Of a stretch of 64,000 nucleotides of DNA, positions 9,128-17,554 are shown in pieces; the stretch's first letter is position 1; every line of letters begins with the position of its first letter. The translations under genes and the position numbers were made by a program. The notes below the pieces were generated by a model. It did not search any database and was not told the DNA's origin. It was given only the letters and a program-made list of their open reading frames with translations. Location of the stretch: IMG/VR virus record IMGVR_UViG_2830161386_000001, positions 133,772 through 197,771 of that record; one strand, written 5' to 3'. The DNA is from a virus. Taxonomy: Duplodnaviria > Caudoviricetes.

Positions 9128-9155
9128 TGGGCAGTTTGGCGGGATGCCCAGCCCG
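9128..9155 (-). ncRNA. Repeated cis RNA motif GGGCTGGGCATCCC-Nn-ACTGCCCA, putative H-type pseudoknot (1 of 6)
   Basis: Copies at about 9128, 9425, 11837, 12231, 12664 and 59324; one has a compensatory GGG/CCC to GAG/CTC change. Confidence 0.6.
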
Positions 9156-9161
9156 ATTCGG

Positions 9162-9389
9162 TTACGTCAGCGGCGTTCCGTCTTCGCCGAATACCGTCGC
9201 CTTTTCCGCGTCGGTGATCCGGTTGGCCTCATAATCCGGATTGGCCTGAATCTCATTTTTGATCGATTTAAGCTCCTCCTCGGAGCAGTCCTCTAGCGAG
9301 TCGGCCTCGACGCCGGCCTCCTCGGCCACCTCCTCGAACGAGACCGTCCCGAAGTGCCGCTTCCATACTGCGAAACCAATGTCGCTCAT
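9162..9389 (-). CDS. Small acidic hypothetical protein
   Basis: Lies between two copies of the pseudoknot motif. Confidence 0.65.
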   Translation of the reverse strand: MSDIGFAVWKRHFGTVSFEEVAEEAGVEADSLEDCSEEELKSIKNEIQANPDYEANRITDAEKATVFGEDGTPLT

Positions 9390-9490
9390 AAGGTCTAAAT
9401 TGCTGCTTGGGAAAGAATAAAGAGTGGGCAGTATTTTGGGATGCCCAGCCCTGTGGTTTGTGTGAAGTGTAAAGCTGAAGCAGTTTTTGG

Positions 9491-9919
9491 CTACGCTGCC
9501 GCCTTGTCCGTTCCGGCCATCGCGCTTGAGAGGCGGACCCGAACGTCCGGCAGGTTTGCGGGCAAAATTCCAAGATCAACGAGCTGCTCACCGGCATCTG
9601 CTTCCTCGGAGAGCGCCACGCGGACAAGCGCTGGCGTCGGCTCGACGCGCTCCCACTGCGCGTTGTCCGGCAGGTCGACGTGCCGCTTGACAAGCTCTTG
9701 AGGCACGTCGGCGTAGCTGATGTGAATAGAGCTGGCCACGTCGCCTGCAACCGTCTCCACAAGGGCTGCCTCTACCTCTTCGTCGGGGAGGCGCTCACAG
9801 AGAGAGCGAGCAAACGAGCAGAAAGCCCAGTACGCCTTATCGGTCACGCCCTCGCCTCGGTCGTGAATCTGATTTATGGCTCGGTCTAAAACGTTTGTTG
9901 GAAGCTCGTCATTGTCCAT
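9491..9919 (-). CDS. Hypothetical protein
   Basis: First gene downstream of the promoter-like motif at 9980..10008. Confidence 0.65.
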   Translation of the reverse strand: MDNDELPTNVLDRAINQIHDRGEGVTDKAYWAFCSFARSLCERLPDEEVEAALVETVAGDVASSIHISYADVPQELVKRHVDLPDNAQWERVEPTPALVRVALSEEADAGEQLVDLGILPANLPDVRVRLSSAMAGTDKAAA

Positions 9920-9979
9920 AAGTTGGATGGTATCCGTTTTAAAAAAGGCGAGAGCCGGGCTACGCCCCCCGGCTATATC

Positions 9980-10008
9980 TATGGTGGGAAGTCAGCCGGG
10001 ATTTTTGC
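9980..10008 (-). promoter_or_regulatory. Putative promoter GCAAA-N17-CACCATA
   Basis: One of 8 copies with an identical 17-nt spacer. Confidence 0.7.
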
Positions 10009-10032
10009 GCTTCAGCCCCAGCTGGGATTCTA

Positions 10033-10278
10033 TTAGTTCGAGCGGACGTACCCGCCGAAAAGACGGGACCGCCCGAAGTAGAAAAAGTGAAGCGCCCAGG
10101 AGCGAACGTCTGCCGGGCGTCCCCGGACCATTCCGGCCTCGAAATTGACCTCTTGGACCCGGTAGTTTCGGCCGTCCGGCAGGTAGATTTTATCCCCGGC
10201 CGAAAACGAGTGCTTCTCGATCCTGTCCTCCCCCACGAGAATCCCGGCGCGAAAGCCTTCCATAAATACGGCAATCAT
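10033..10278 (-). CDS. Small hypothetical protein
   Basis: Start overlaps the upstream stop (ATGA). Confidence 0.5.
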   Translation of the reverse strand: MIAVFMEGFRAGILVGEDRIEKHSFSAGDKIYLPDGRNYRVQEVNFEAGMVRGRPADVRSWALHFFYFGRSRLFGGYVRSN

Positions 10279-10844
10279 TGGTCTCGTTGATCTGGGTCGG
10301 TCGTGACAATGCCATCGGTCATGCGGTCTTCAAAGAGGGCCTCCAGGTCAATGCGCGCCCGGATGTAGACCTTTTGGCGCGGCACGTCCTCCTTGTCGTA
10401 CCAAAAGTCCTGAAGAATGGACTCTTGAACGGTCGCTTCCCCATCTTCGCTGCGCATGTACTGGGCGTTAACCCGCCCTTCCGGGTCGACGAGGGCCGGA
10501 ATCTTGATTTCAATGACCCCGTCTTCCGCCGGCCCGCGCCCGACCAGCCCCGAGCGGCGCAGGGCCTTCTTTAGGTCCGCCTCCCCGTCCTCGCTCTCCT
10601 CCAGCTCGGCCCCGCAGTACGGGCAGTAGTTTTTCTGCGGCTGGTGCAAGGAGCTGTGGGCGCAGTCGGGATCGGGGCACCGCATCTGTGTGGTGTCGAT
10701 GTGCCAACCGATCCGGCGGAGCTCCTCCGCGAGCGTTTCGGCCGCGCCCTTTACCGCGCCGCGCCCCGGCGGAACTGGCGTGCCAGGCGTGTCGGGTGGG
10801 CTTGTGGGCTTTTCTGGTTTCGTGCCTCCATCTTGACTACTCAT
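10275..10844 (-). CDS. Zinc-ribbon-containing protein
   Basis: CPDPDC...YCPYCG. Confidence 0.65.
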   Translation of the reverse strand: MSSQDGGTKPEKPTSPPDTPGTPVPPGRGAVKGAAETLAEELRRIGWHIDTTQMRCPDPDCAHSSLHQPQKNYCPYCGAELEESEDGEADLKKALRRSGLVGRGPAEDGVIEIKIPALVDPEGRVNAQYMRSEDGEATVQESILQDFWYDKEDVPRQKVYIRARIDLEALFEDRMTDGIVTTDPDQRDQ

Positions 10845-10901
10845 TGGTTTGGTATAGTTATTTCAGGTCTTGTGAGCTTGCCTTCTACCGGGCCGCTTGG
10901 C

Positions 10902-11183
10902 CTATTTGTCGTGGTTGAGGGTGTCGATCTCTTCTTGAAGACGGGTGGCCTGAGACCGAATGTGGTCAAGAACGGTAGGCAGTCCGCGAGTCTTCTCGCG
11001 AAGCACCCGCTCGGCCAGGCCCTGAGCGGCAGCGCTGGCGTCGGGATCTGTCAGAATGCGACGAACCGCAATTAGGGCCTGGAAGGTGCCCTCCAAGCGG
11101 TCACAAACGTCGTGAATGCGCTGGTGGGCGCCGACCTCGTCGACGGGGTCGGTATCGATGTCTCTGTCGCCAGGAAGGCTCAT
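10902..11183 (-). CDS. Hypothetical protein
   Basis: Codirectional ORF. Confidence 0.6.
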   Translation of the reverse strand: MSLPGDRDIDTDPVDEVGAHQRIHDVCDRLEGTFQALIAVRRILTDPDASAAAQGLAERVLREKTRGLPTVLDHIRSQATRLQEEIDTLNHDK

Positions 11184-11225
11184 AAGTACAGAATGGTTGG
11201 GAAAGAAGAAACGGTGGGCAAATGT

Positions 11226-11465
11226 CTAGGGAGCGTCCCCCGCATAGGTCGTGCACACCTCTTCGTATAGCTCCGCTTCACCCGCCCCACAGTCCTCGCA
11301 GTATTCGAGGCCCTTCTCGTTGGTCGTGATCGACGGATGGGTCAGGCGCGTGAGGTCTTTGATCAGCTGTTCGGCGTAGGTCTTTCCCGTGGCGTCTTCT
11401 TGGTTGCCTACGTCAACAATGCGCTTTGCCCGGGTGAAGGCATGGGTCAGGGTGGCGTCGTCCAT
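11226..11465 (-). CDS. Small protein with H..CxxC..C motif
   Basis: Start placed at MDDATL. Confidence 0.5.
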   Translation of the reverse strand: MDDATLTHAFTRAKRIVDVGNQEDATGKTYAEQLIKDLTRLTHPSITTNEKGLEYCEDCGAGEAELYEEVCTTYAGDAP

Positions 11466-11618
11466 ATCGCCAGTGCAGTAATGATAGAGATTGCGAATCC
11501 CAGCTGGGACTGGGGTAGCGTCATTTCGAATTCGTTCGACAGGTCTTAGAAATAAAAAAGATCTGCCCCAGTGTAAAACTGAGGCAGACCCGTTCTGCGC
11601 CCTACTCAATCCACGACC

Positions 11619-11810
11619 TTATACCTCATTTCGGTATTTCGCCACCTTCTGTGCTGCCTCGTTGAAAGCGGCCTCCCGCGCTTTGGACTCGCACCATTGG
11701 GTATGGTCATAGCCTCCGTCCTCTTCGGCCTTGGCTTCAGCATCTGCCGCCTTATTCGTAAAAATGTCGTACAGGTGGTCAAGTGCTTCGCTTGCGTCCA
11801 TGACGATCAC
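11619..11810 (-). CDS. Small hypothetical protein
   Basis: Followed by a hairpin plus U-tract near 11550-11590. Confidence 0.55.
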   Translation of the reverse strand: MIVMDASEALDHLYDIFTNKAADAEAKAEEDGGYDHTQWCESKAREAAFNEAAQKVAKYRNEV

Positions 11811-11877
11811 CTCGTCGTGTTATGCAAAAGAACGGAAAGGCAGTGATGCCGGGATGCCCAGCCCGCTCTTGTGAGAG

Positions 11878-12195
11878 CTAATCGCCGGTTTTCACCCGCG
11901 TCACTATATCATCCGCAATTGCGTCAAGAAGAACGTCGCGGAAGCTCTTTTTCTTCTGGCTGACAATTTCGCCACGGTCAGGAGGCCCGCCCTTCAAGAC
12001 GGTAATGTCAATGCCTTCATCGTCTAAAACCACTTTTATTTCAGCGTGGTCGATGCTGTCCCAACCATCAACTTCGAGGTAGTAGTTGACGTAGACCTCC
12101 AAGTCTGATTCGTCTATACTGTCCCCCTCATTGGATACTCCTGTAGTGTATCTTATTTCTTTTACCTCTGCCTGCAAGCCTCGGCCTTCAAGCAT
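11878..12195 (-). CDS. Acidic hypothetical protein
   Basis: Start placed at MLEGRG. Confidence 0.55.
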   Translation of the reverse strand: MLEGRGLQAEVKEIRYTTGVSNEGDSIDESDLEVYVNYYLEVDGWDSIDHAEIKVVLDDEGIDITVLKGGPPDRGEIVSQKKKSFRDVLLDAIADDIVTRVKTGD

Positions 12196-12272
12196 AACCC
12201 TGTGTGGATCCGGTGCGAAAGAATAAAAAATGGGCAGTTTAACGAGCTGCCCAGCTCCGCTCCGACACACAA

Positions 12273-12626
12273 TTAGAAGTGAGTCAGGTCAATTCCGTCT
12301 GGAATCTTCTCCTCATCGTACTTGCTCGATTCAAGTGCGCGAGCCAGAGCCAAGACGCGTTCGCCAACACGGTTGGTATCTCGGCAAATGGTGGTCACGC
12401 TTACGCCAAGCTGGTCGGCAATCCACGTTTTAAGCCCCTTGTAAAGCTCGCAGGGCGGCTCTTCCCGATTCCCGACTGCACCGGGGAAGAAGTATTCCAG
12501 AACGGCCTGTTCTCGCCTTTCTACATGATCGTGCAATATCGAAATCGCCAGTTGCTGAGACAACTGGTCAGGCTCAAGTTTGGCTTCTTGACTCCCCGTG
12601 AGAAGGTCGTTGACAGTGTATTTCAT
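12273..12626 (-). CDS. HTH protein, sigma-70 region 4-like
   Basis: REQAVLEYFF...WIADQLGVSVTTICRD. Confidence 0.55.
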   Translation of the reverse strand: MKYTVNDLLTGSQEAKLEPDQLSQQLAISILHDHVERREQAVLEYFFPGAVGNREEPPCELYKGLKTWIADQLGVSVTTICRDTNRVGERVLALARALESSKYDEEKIPDGIDLTHF

Positions 12627-12695
12627 GGTCAGGGTTGAAGTTTGAGCAGTGAAGAATAAAGGGTGGGCAGTTTTCGGGATGCCCAGCCCAGGGCG

Positions 12696-12881
12696 CTACC
12701 AGATGTTCGCCAGGCGCTTTTTCAGCTCCCGCGCCCGCTCGGTGGTAACTACCTCCATCCGATGGTCGGGCGTTCCCGCAATCTCGTGCATCTCCCGCAG
12801 CTCCTCCAGGTCCCCTGGCGGAAGCGCGGCCGATACCGAAATTACGTCTCCGTTCTGGTCTCTCGTGACTAAGCACTTCAT
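12696..12881 (-). CDS. Small hypothetical protein
   Basis: Codirectional ORF followed by the pseudoknot motif. Confidence 0.5.
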   Translation of the reverse strand: MKCLVTRDQNGDVISVSAALPPGDLEELREMHEIAGTPDHRMEVVTTERARELKKRLANIW

Positions 12882-12917
12882 ACGTAGAAAGAGTTTGGCT
12901 GCAAATAAAGAGTGCGT

Positions 12918-13295
12918 TTAGGCAAGCCCGACGATTTGGATGTCATCGCGCCGGACTCGGACTTCAACTTTCGAGGCTCCGTCCGCGAGTTCGCCATAAG
13001 CCCTGTTGAGGATATCTCGCTGCTGGGCGTGAAGCCGGCGAACGACCTCTTTAAGCACGCGGTGGCCACGGTCTGGATCAACCTGTTCGTCGGTGATTAC
13101 GCCGTAGTAGCGCGCCTTCTGCGGGCTGTACCAGTCGATCACAATCTGGAGCGATTGCTCAAACGCCTCCGGCCCGAGCTGCTCCCAAGACCAGTCGGTC
13201 GACAGGCGCCACGTCAAGAGGTCAGACATCTTGTTTACAATCCGCCCGAGTCGGTCCTCGCGGACTGTAGGGTCGGTTTTCAAGACAGCATCCAT
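12918..13295 (-). CDS. Hypothetical protein with the C-terminal VEVRVRRDDIQI motif (dispersed relative of the 31.6-37 kb array)
   Basis: C-terminus SKVEVRVRRDDIQIVGLA matches the array motif; DPTV near the N-terminus. Confidence 0.7.
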   Translation of the reverse strand: MDAVLKTDPTVREDRLGRIVNKMSDLLTWRLSTDWSWEQLGPEAFEQSLQIVIDWYSPQKARYYGVITDEQVDPDRGHRVLKEVVRRLHAQQRDILNRAYGELADGASKVEVRVRRDDIQIVGLA

Positions 13296-13339
13296 TTCGT
13301 TTCATTCTCATTGTGGGCCTTCTGGTGAGGTGGGGCTTC

Positions 13340-13894
13340 TTACCCTTCGCTCTTCGCCTCAATCGCGGCTTTGACCAGACCTTCTGCGCTCCGGTAAGCC
13401 GACTCCTCTTCTACGCACGCATGCTTCTGCTCTGCGTAGAACACGCGCCGCATGTTTTCCAGCACGTTTTTTCCGCGGTGCACCCGGTGGGCAGCAATGC
13501 GCCGGACAATCCAGTACTGCCGAAGATCATCTTCTCTCATCACCTCCACGAGATCCTCCTCCTTCGCGGTTAGCTCCCCGAAGGGAAGCTCTAAGGAGCG
13601 GCTAATGGCCCCAACGACTTCCCGGAGGCGCTGGCGGCCGACCGTCTCGCCGTCGAAGCCGCTTTCTTCGCCCCACGGGGGCACGCCTGAAATGCGAACC
13701 AGATATCGGCCGGACCGCTCGCCGGGCAAGTCGCTCGTTCTGCTTGAGCTTTGTTTCGCCCGAAGCTGCCGGCCGTCCCAGAACTTCACGTCGATCCGGA
13801 TTGCTTGGCCCAACTCACGCGCCTCGGCATCGACAACGTGCTCGCGCCTGAGCATTTTCTCGACCGCCTCTTCTTCGGTATAGATTGCAGGCAT
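13340..13894 (-). CDS. Hypothetical protein
   Basis: Codirectional ORF. Confidence 0.65.
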   Translation of the reverse strand: MPAIYTEEEAVEKMLRREHVVDAEARELGQAIRIDVKFWDGRQLRAKQSSSRTSDLPGERSGRYLVRISGVPPWGEESGFDGETVGRQRLREVVGAISRSLELPFGELTAKEEDLVEVMREDDLRQYWIVRRIAAHRVHRGKNVLENMRRVFYAEQKHACVEEESAYRSAEGLVKAAIEAKSEG

Positions 13895-13988
13895 GACGTT
13901 TTAGGTTGGTGAGAAAGAAGAAAAAGCCAGCCCCAGCTCAATCCCAGCTGGAACCGGCCGCGGAGGCAACTCGATATTTGAGAGCCGC

Positions 13989-14639
13989 TTAGGCCACAGG
14001 TTCGGCGAAGTGCCCCTCAGGAAAGTACCCTTTCACACCCACGTTAAGCCGGCTCTGATCGGCAACGGAGTGCAGATGGTAGTCAATCTCGTGGAGGAGC
14101 GAGTTGCCGACGAGCTTTTGGCTTAGGGCGTTCAGGATCTCGTTCAAGTCCTCATTCTCAAACAGGGACATCTGGACCTGCACCACACCTTCGATATGGC
14201 CCCACTCCTTTAGCATGGCCTGCTGCTCCTCTTCGGAAAGGGGCTCGCCTAAAACCACCTCCGATGTTTTCTCCTGCTCATAGGGTACAGAATCTGGGTA
14301 TTGCGTGGTGTCTTGATACCCAAGCTCGCCTGCCAACACGCGGGCCATCTCGTCAGGGGAAGGGTTGTCCTCGTTGTATCCAGCTAGCGTGTCCCAAAGC
14401 TCAGGGATGTCGTTAAAGACCCGGAAGGCGTCGTCATAAACGCGCACCTGCATCACCAGGTCATCGGCAAACGACTTGTCGTACCACCTGAGGGCAAATT
14501 CGCACTGAAAGGTCTCACCCTCGTAGACTTGAACCATAATTTCGTGCTCGAAGTCTCTGTCCACCTCTCGGAAATTGTTTTCTTTCAGCCAGCTTTTCGT
14601 GCCGTACCAGAACTTTCCGTTTGTGCTATTGCTGCTCAT
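13989..14639 (-). CDS. Acidic hypothetical protein
   Basis: 216 aa, flanked by palindrome-containing terminators. Confidence 0.7.
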   Translation of the reverse strand: MSSNSTNGKFWYGTKSWLKENNFREVDRDFEHEIMVQVYEGETFQCEFALRWYDKSFADDLVMQVRVYDDAFRVFNDIPELWDTLAGYNEDNPSPDEMARVLAGELGYQDTTQYPDSVPYEQEKTSEVVLGEPLSEEEQQAMLKEWGHIEGVVQVQMSLFENEDLNEILNALSQKLVGNSLLHEIDYHLHSVADQSRLNVGVKGYFPEGHFAEPVA

Positions 14640-14668
14640 AAATGGAATAGGGTCTTATTAGCAAGCAA

Positions 14669-14708
14669 GAAAAAGCCAGCCCCAACTGAGTCCCAGCTGG
14701 GATTGGCC
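14669..14708 (-). terminator. Intrinsic terminator whose stem includes the 16-bp palindrome
   Basis: Minus strand GCCAATCCCAGCT..AGTTGGGGCTGGC-TTTTT; related copies near 13921, 14942, 16445 and 16741. Confidence 0.6.
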
Positions 14709-14713
14709 TAGAG

Positions 14714-14911
14714 CTACCTTTCCACCAGCCGACAAACCGAGCGGTCCTGGCACAGCTGGCTGTCTTCCCAAATGCTTTTGGCTTCGCTGATAACCTCTTT
14801 GTCGAAGCCAAGCTCGCGGGCTCTCTCGACTAGGTCGTCAAATGAGACGCTCTCCTCATTGGTGGAAGAGGTATTTTCCGCGAAGGCGTGGTGAACCATT
14901 TCTTCATTCAT
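14714..14911 (-). CDS. Small hypothetical protein
   Basis: Lies between two palindrome terminators. Confidence 0.5.
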   Translation of the reverse strand: MNEEMVHHAFAENTSSTNEESVSFDDLVERARELGFDKEVISEAKSIWEDSQLCQDRSVCRLVER

Positions 14912-15003
14912 AGCAAGTCAGGGTTTGCGGAATGGGAAATGAAAAAAGCCAGCCCCAACTCAATCCCAGCTGGGACTGGCCGCTGATTGCTTTCTAAGAC
15001 GCT

Positions 15004-15567
15004 CTACGCCAAGACAGCCTCGACGGTATTATAGTCTCCCTCAAAAGACTGCTTGGCCTCCGCCCTGAGGTCTTCATCCTCGACCTCGTGGATGTCGAAC
15101 AAGGTTTCGACAACCGACATCAGCGCATCAAACATATCTTCGTGTTCAGGAATAGCCCTTACGCTAAGCATCAGCGCCTTCTCAATACGCCAAAACTCAA
15201 TCGTATCGTACGGCAGTGTCGTCGCCGCCTCTGGAAGCGGCTGCATGATGCTGTAATTCGTCAGCGGGAGGAGGTCAACCCCAAAGAAGAAATCCCCAAC
15301 TAGCTCGTCGACCTCTCCGTCTATCATTTGCACCGCTTTAATTGCGGGCCAAGGCCCATAACAAGACGCATTTTTCCAGAGGCCATCTTGGGCCGTCGAG
15401 TGTGAGGGCCAGTTCTGAATGCTTTTGTGTACGCTTGCACCAGGGGTTTCCGCAGCGATAAGATTCCCCACTGCGCAGGCTTCGCACTTATAGGGTTCAA
15501 GCGTGCCCTCCAAATACGCGGTGGCAAGCACATCTATCGATCGCCAAAATCGGTCAGGTCGGTTCAT
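15004..15567 (-). CDS. Phage hypothetical protein (CxACAVGN motif)
   Basis: First gene after the promoter-like motif at 15624. Confidence 0.65.
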   Translation of the reverse strand: MNRPDRFWRSIDVLATAYLEGTLEPYKCEACAVGNLIAAETPGASVHKSIQNWPSHSTAQDGLWKNASCYGPWPAIKAVQMIDGEVDELVGDFFFGVDLLPLTNYSIMQPLPEAATTLPYDTIEFWRIEKALMLSVRAIPEHEDMFDALMSVVETLFDIHEVEDEDLRAEAKQSFEGDYNTVEAVLA

Positions 15568-15623
15568 GTCAAGCTAAGTTGTTAGCGAAAAATGAGATGG
15601 ACGCACGTCCCCTCGTCCACTTT

Positions 15624-15652
15624 TATGGTGCAGATACAGCCGCTACTTTTGC
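15624..15652 (-). promoter_or_regulatory. Putative promoter GCAAA-N17-CACCATA
   Basis: Exact spacing; followed by a GACGAGGG leader. Confidence 0.7.
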
Positions 15653-16005
15653 GCCTCCTCACGGAGCCGCTCGATCGCTTTCTCCGGCACGTTGTATCCA
15701 GCCTCCCGAATCTCGGCGAGCCGCTCTGCGGCGCTCTCTGCCGTTTCTTCTTCAAACCACTCTCCGTCCAGCGGGCCGCCGATGGGCACCATCTCCGCGC
15801 CTTTGACCAAGTCCATGACCTCCCGCCAGTATTTGGCATACCGCTCCCCAAAGTCCTCCTCGCTTTCGTCCGGCTCCGGCGGTAGCCCGGACCGGTCGAC
15901 GTCGTGCTCCTTGCGGGCCACGTCGATTTGGTAATGGCCGGCGGCGTGCTTGTAGACGTATACGTGAGAGCGAAACGCATTTGTCGAAAACCGGGCGTAG
16001 GACAT
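15643..16005 (-). CDS. Hypothetical protein (MSYARFS type)
   Basis: Acidic codirectional ORF. Confidence 0.7.
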   Translation of the reverse strand: MSYARFSTNAFRSHVYVYKHAAGHYQIDVARKEHDVDRSGLPPEPDESEEDFGERYAKYWREVMDLVKGAEMVPIGGPLDGEWFEEETAESAAERLAEIREAGYNVPEKAIERLREEAQK

Positions 16006-16042
16006 AAAGCGTTAGTGGTTGGCTTATGGAAATAAAGCGCCG

Positions 16043-16420
16043 TTAGTCTTGGGCCTCTCTTTTTCTGAGTCCGCACCTGGCGCACTTCTCGTACCCGTGT
16101 TCTCGGGTTTCATCTTCGTGCCGGATGTCAAATACCGGAATGCTCTCCTGCTTCCAGCGGTGCTCACAGTCTGCTTGCACCGACCGCTCGGACAGCTGGT
16201 CAATGAAAAACTGGGCCGCATGCTTAATCTGCCTCGCCTGATCAATTATGTCCTGGTCGCTTCGGCTAAGGGCCGTCGATCCGGCAAGGTCTTTGAGCAG
16301 ACCTGCAACTTGCTCTCTCGTCATGTCCGCCGGCATCCCGTCCGTCGGCGGCACTTTCATCAGCTTCAATACATCAACCGCCTCGTCTGAGAGGTTTTTC
16401 TTTGCCTGCTTGTTGATCAT
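16043..16420 (-). CDS. Protein with C-terminal CxH...CxxCG zinc motif
   Basis: CEHRW...KCARCG. Confidence 0.6.
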   Translation of the reverse strand: MINKQAKKNLSDEAVDVLKLMKVPPTDGMPADMTREQVAGLLKDLAGSTALSRSDQDIIDQARQIKHAAQFFIDQLSERSVQADCEHRWKQESIPVFDIRHEDETREHGYEKCARCGLRKREAQD

Positions 16421-16497
16421 AGTTTTGAAGTCGTTTTTGAAATAAAAAACAGCCCCAACTGGATCGCAGCTGGGGCTGGCTATGTGCTAGCTTTTAG

Positions 16498-16713
16498 TCA
16501 TCGTCGGGGGTGCGGGATGTCGTGACCGCTTGTGCGATCCCGGTAGATCTCCATGCGCGACTCCCCGCCGATTAACCGATCTATGAGCCGCACGTCCCGG
16601 CTTGCGTCTCGGGCGCAACGAGGCTGTCGCGGACACAGTTTTCGAAGAGCGGCCTTTCGGATACCCTTCATTTGACTGTTTCTCGACGCGTGTATGAGGT
16701 CGGTCTTATTCAT
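16498..16713 (-). CDS. Small basic hypothetical protein
   Basis: ATG after an AT-rich leader, between terminators. Confidence 0.45.
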   Translation of the reverse strand: MNKTDLIHASRNSQMKGIRKAALRKLCPRQPRCARDASRDVRLIDRLIGGESRMEIYRDRTSGHDIPHPRR

Positions 16714-16786
16714 TTTTAAAGTTGTATTTTATGAGAAAGAAAAATAGCCCCAGCTAAATCCCAGCTGGGACTGAATTGTAGGTTGC

Positions 16787-17128
16787 TTAATTATCTCCCT
16801 CCGCGATTTCCTCCGCACGCGCCTGCATGCGGTCGATTTTTCGCTCTCTCTTCCAGAGCTTGTACCGCTCCCGTACATTCCGCTTCAACTGCTGCGCTTT
16901 CAGATACCCATACCTCGAAACGGCTACCGGAAGCGCAATAAATAGCCCGACTCCCAGTAGCGAGGTTGCGAAAGCGGGGCGCCTCTCAAACAGCCCCCGA
17001 AAGTTCTCGGGCATATCCGACTCGTTTCTGGGCTTTTCCATTTCCCTTAGCCCCCACTCGACGGCAGCACAGGTCCAATACGCCCAGCCGCCAACGTACA
17101 AGACAGCGAAGGTCAGAAAGTAGAGCAT
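16787..17128 (-). CDS. Membrane protein (2 TM)
   Basis: Start placed at MLYFLTF, downstream of the promoter-like motif. Confidence 0.6.
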   Translation of the reverse strand: MLYFLTFAVLYVGGWAYWTCAAVEWGLREMEKPRNESDMPENFRGLFERRPAFATSLLGVGLFIALPVAVSRYGYLKAQQLKRNVRERYKLWKRERKIDRMQARAEEIAEGDN

Positions 17129-17211
17129 AGTAAAACCCGGAGTACAATGCCTCCGGGTCAGGGCGTTTGTCGTAAGTAAAGTGAGCAGACGCACATTCCC
17201 TCGTCTATTTC

Positions 17212-17240
17212 TATGGTGGGGATTTGGCGCCGAATTTTGC
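17212..17240 (-). promoter_or_regulatory. Putative promoter GCAAA-N17-CACCATA
   Basis: Exact spacing; conserved TAGACGAGGG leader. Confidence 0.75.
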
Positions 17241-17258
17241 GGGGGCCTACTTGCCTTT

Positions 17259-17498
17259 TCAGTCCGGAAGCGGCGGGGGCGTCTCCCGGAAGCCAAGCAG
17301 CCACCCGGCCCCGACCGTGCCCCAAACGGCGAGGTATGCCAGGCCAAACAGCGGCCAGCCGAGGATAAACGCCGAGGGGTCCGGTTCCCCGAAAATCCGA
17401 GCGAGGCGCATCGCAAAGAGGCCAATCAGCGGGTACAGGGCCGCCGCGTAGGCCCACCACGGCAGCACGTAGACGTGCTCTGCGTACCAGGACAGCAT
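17259..17498 (-). CDS. Small membrane protein
   Basis: Two hydrophobic segments. Confidence 0.55.
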   Translation of the reverse strand: MLSWYAEHVYVLPWWAYAAALYPLIGLFAMRLARIFGEPDPSAFILGWPLFGLAYLAVWGTVGAGWLLGFRETPPPLPD

Positions 17499-17554
17499 GT
17501 CAGGGGCGCGTGCTTTTTGGAAGGCAAACCTGAGAGGGAAACCTGAGGGAAGGC

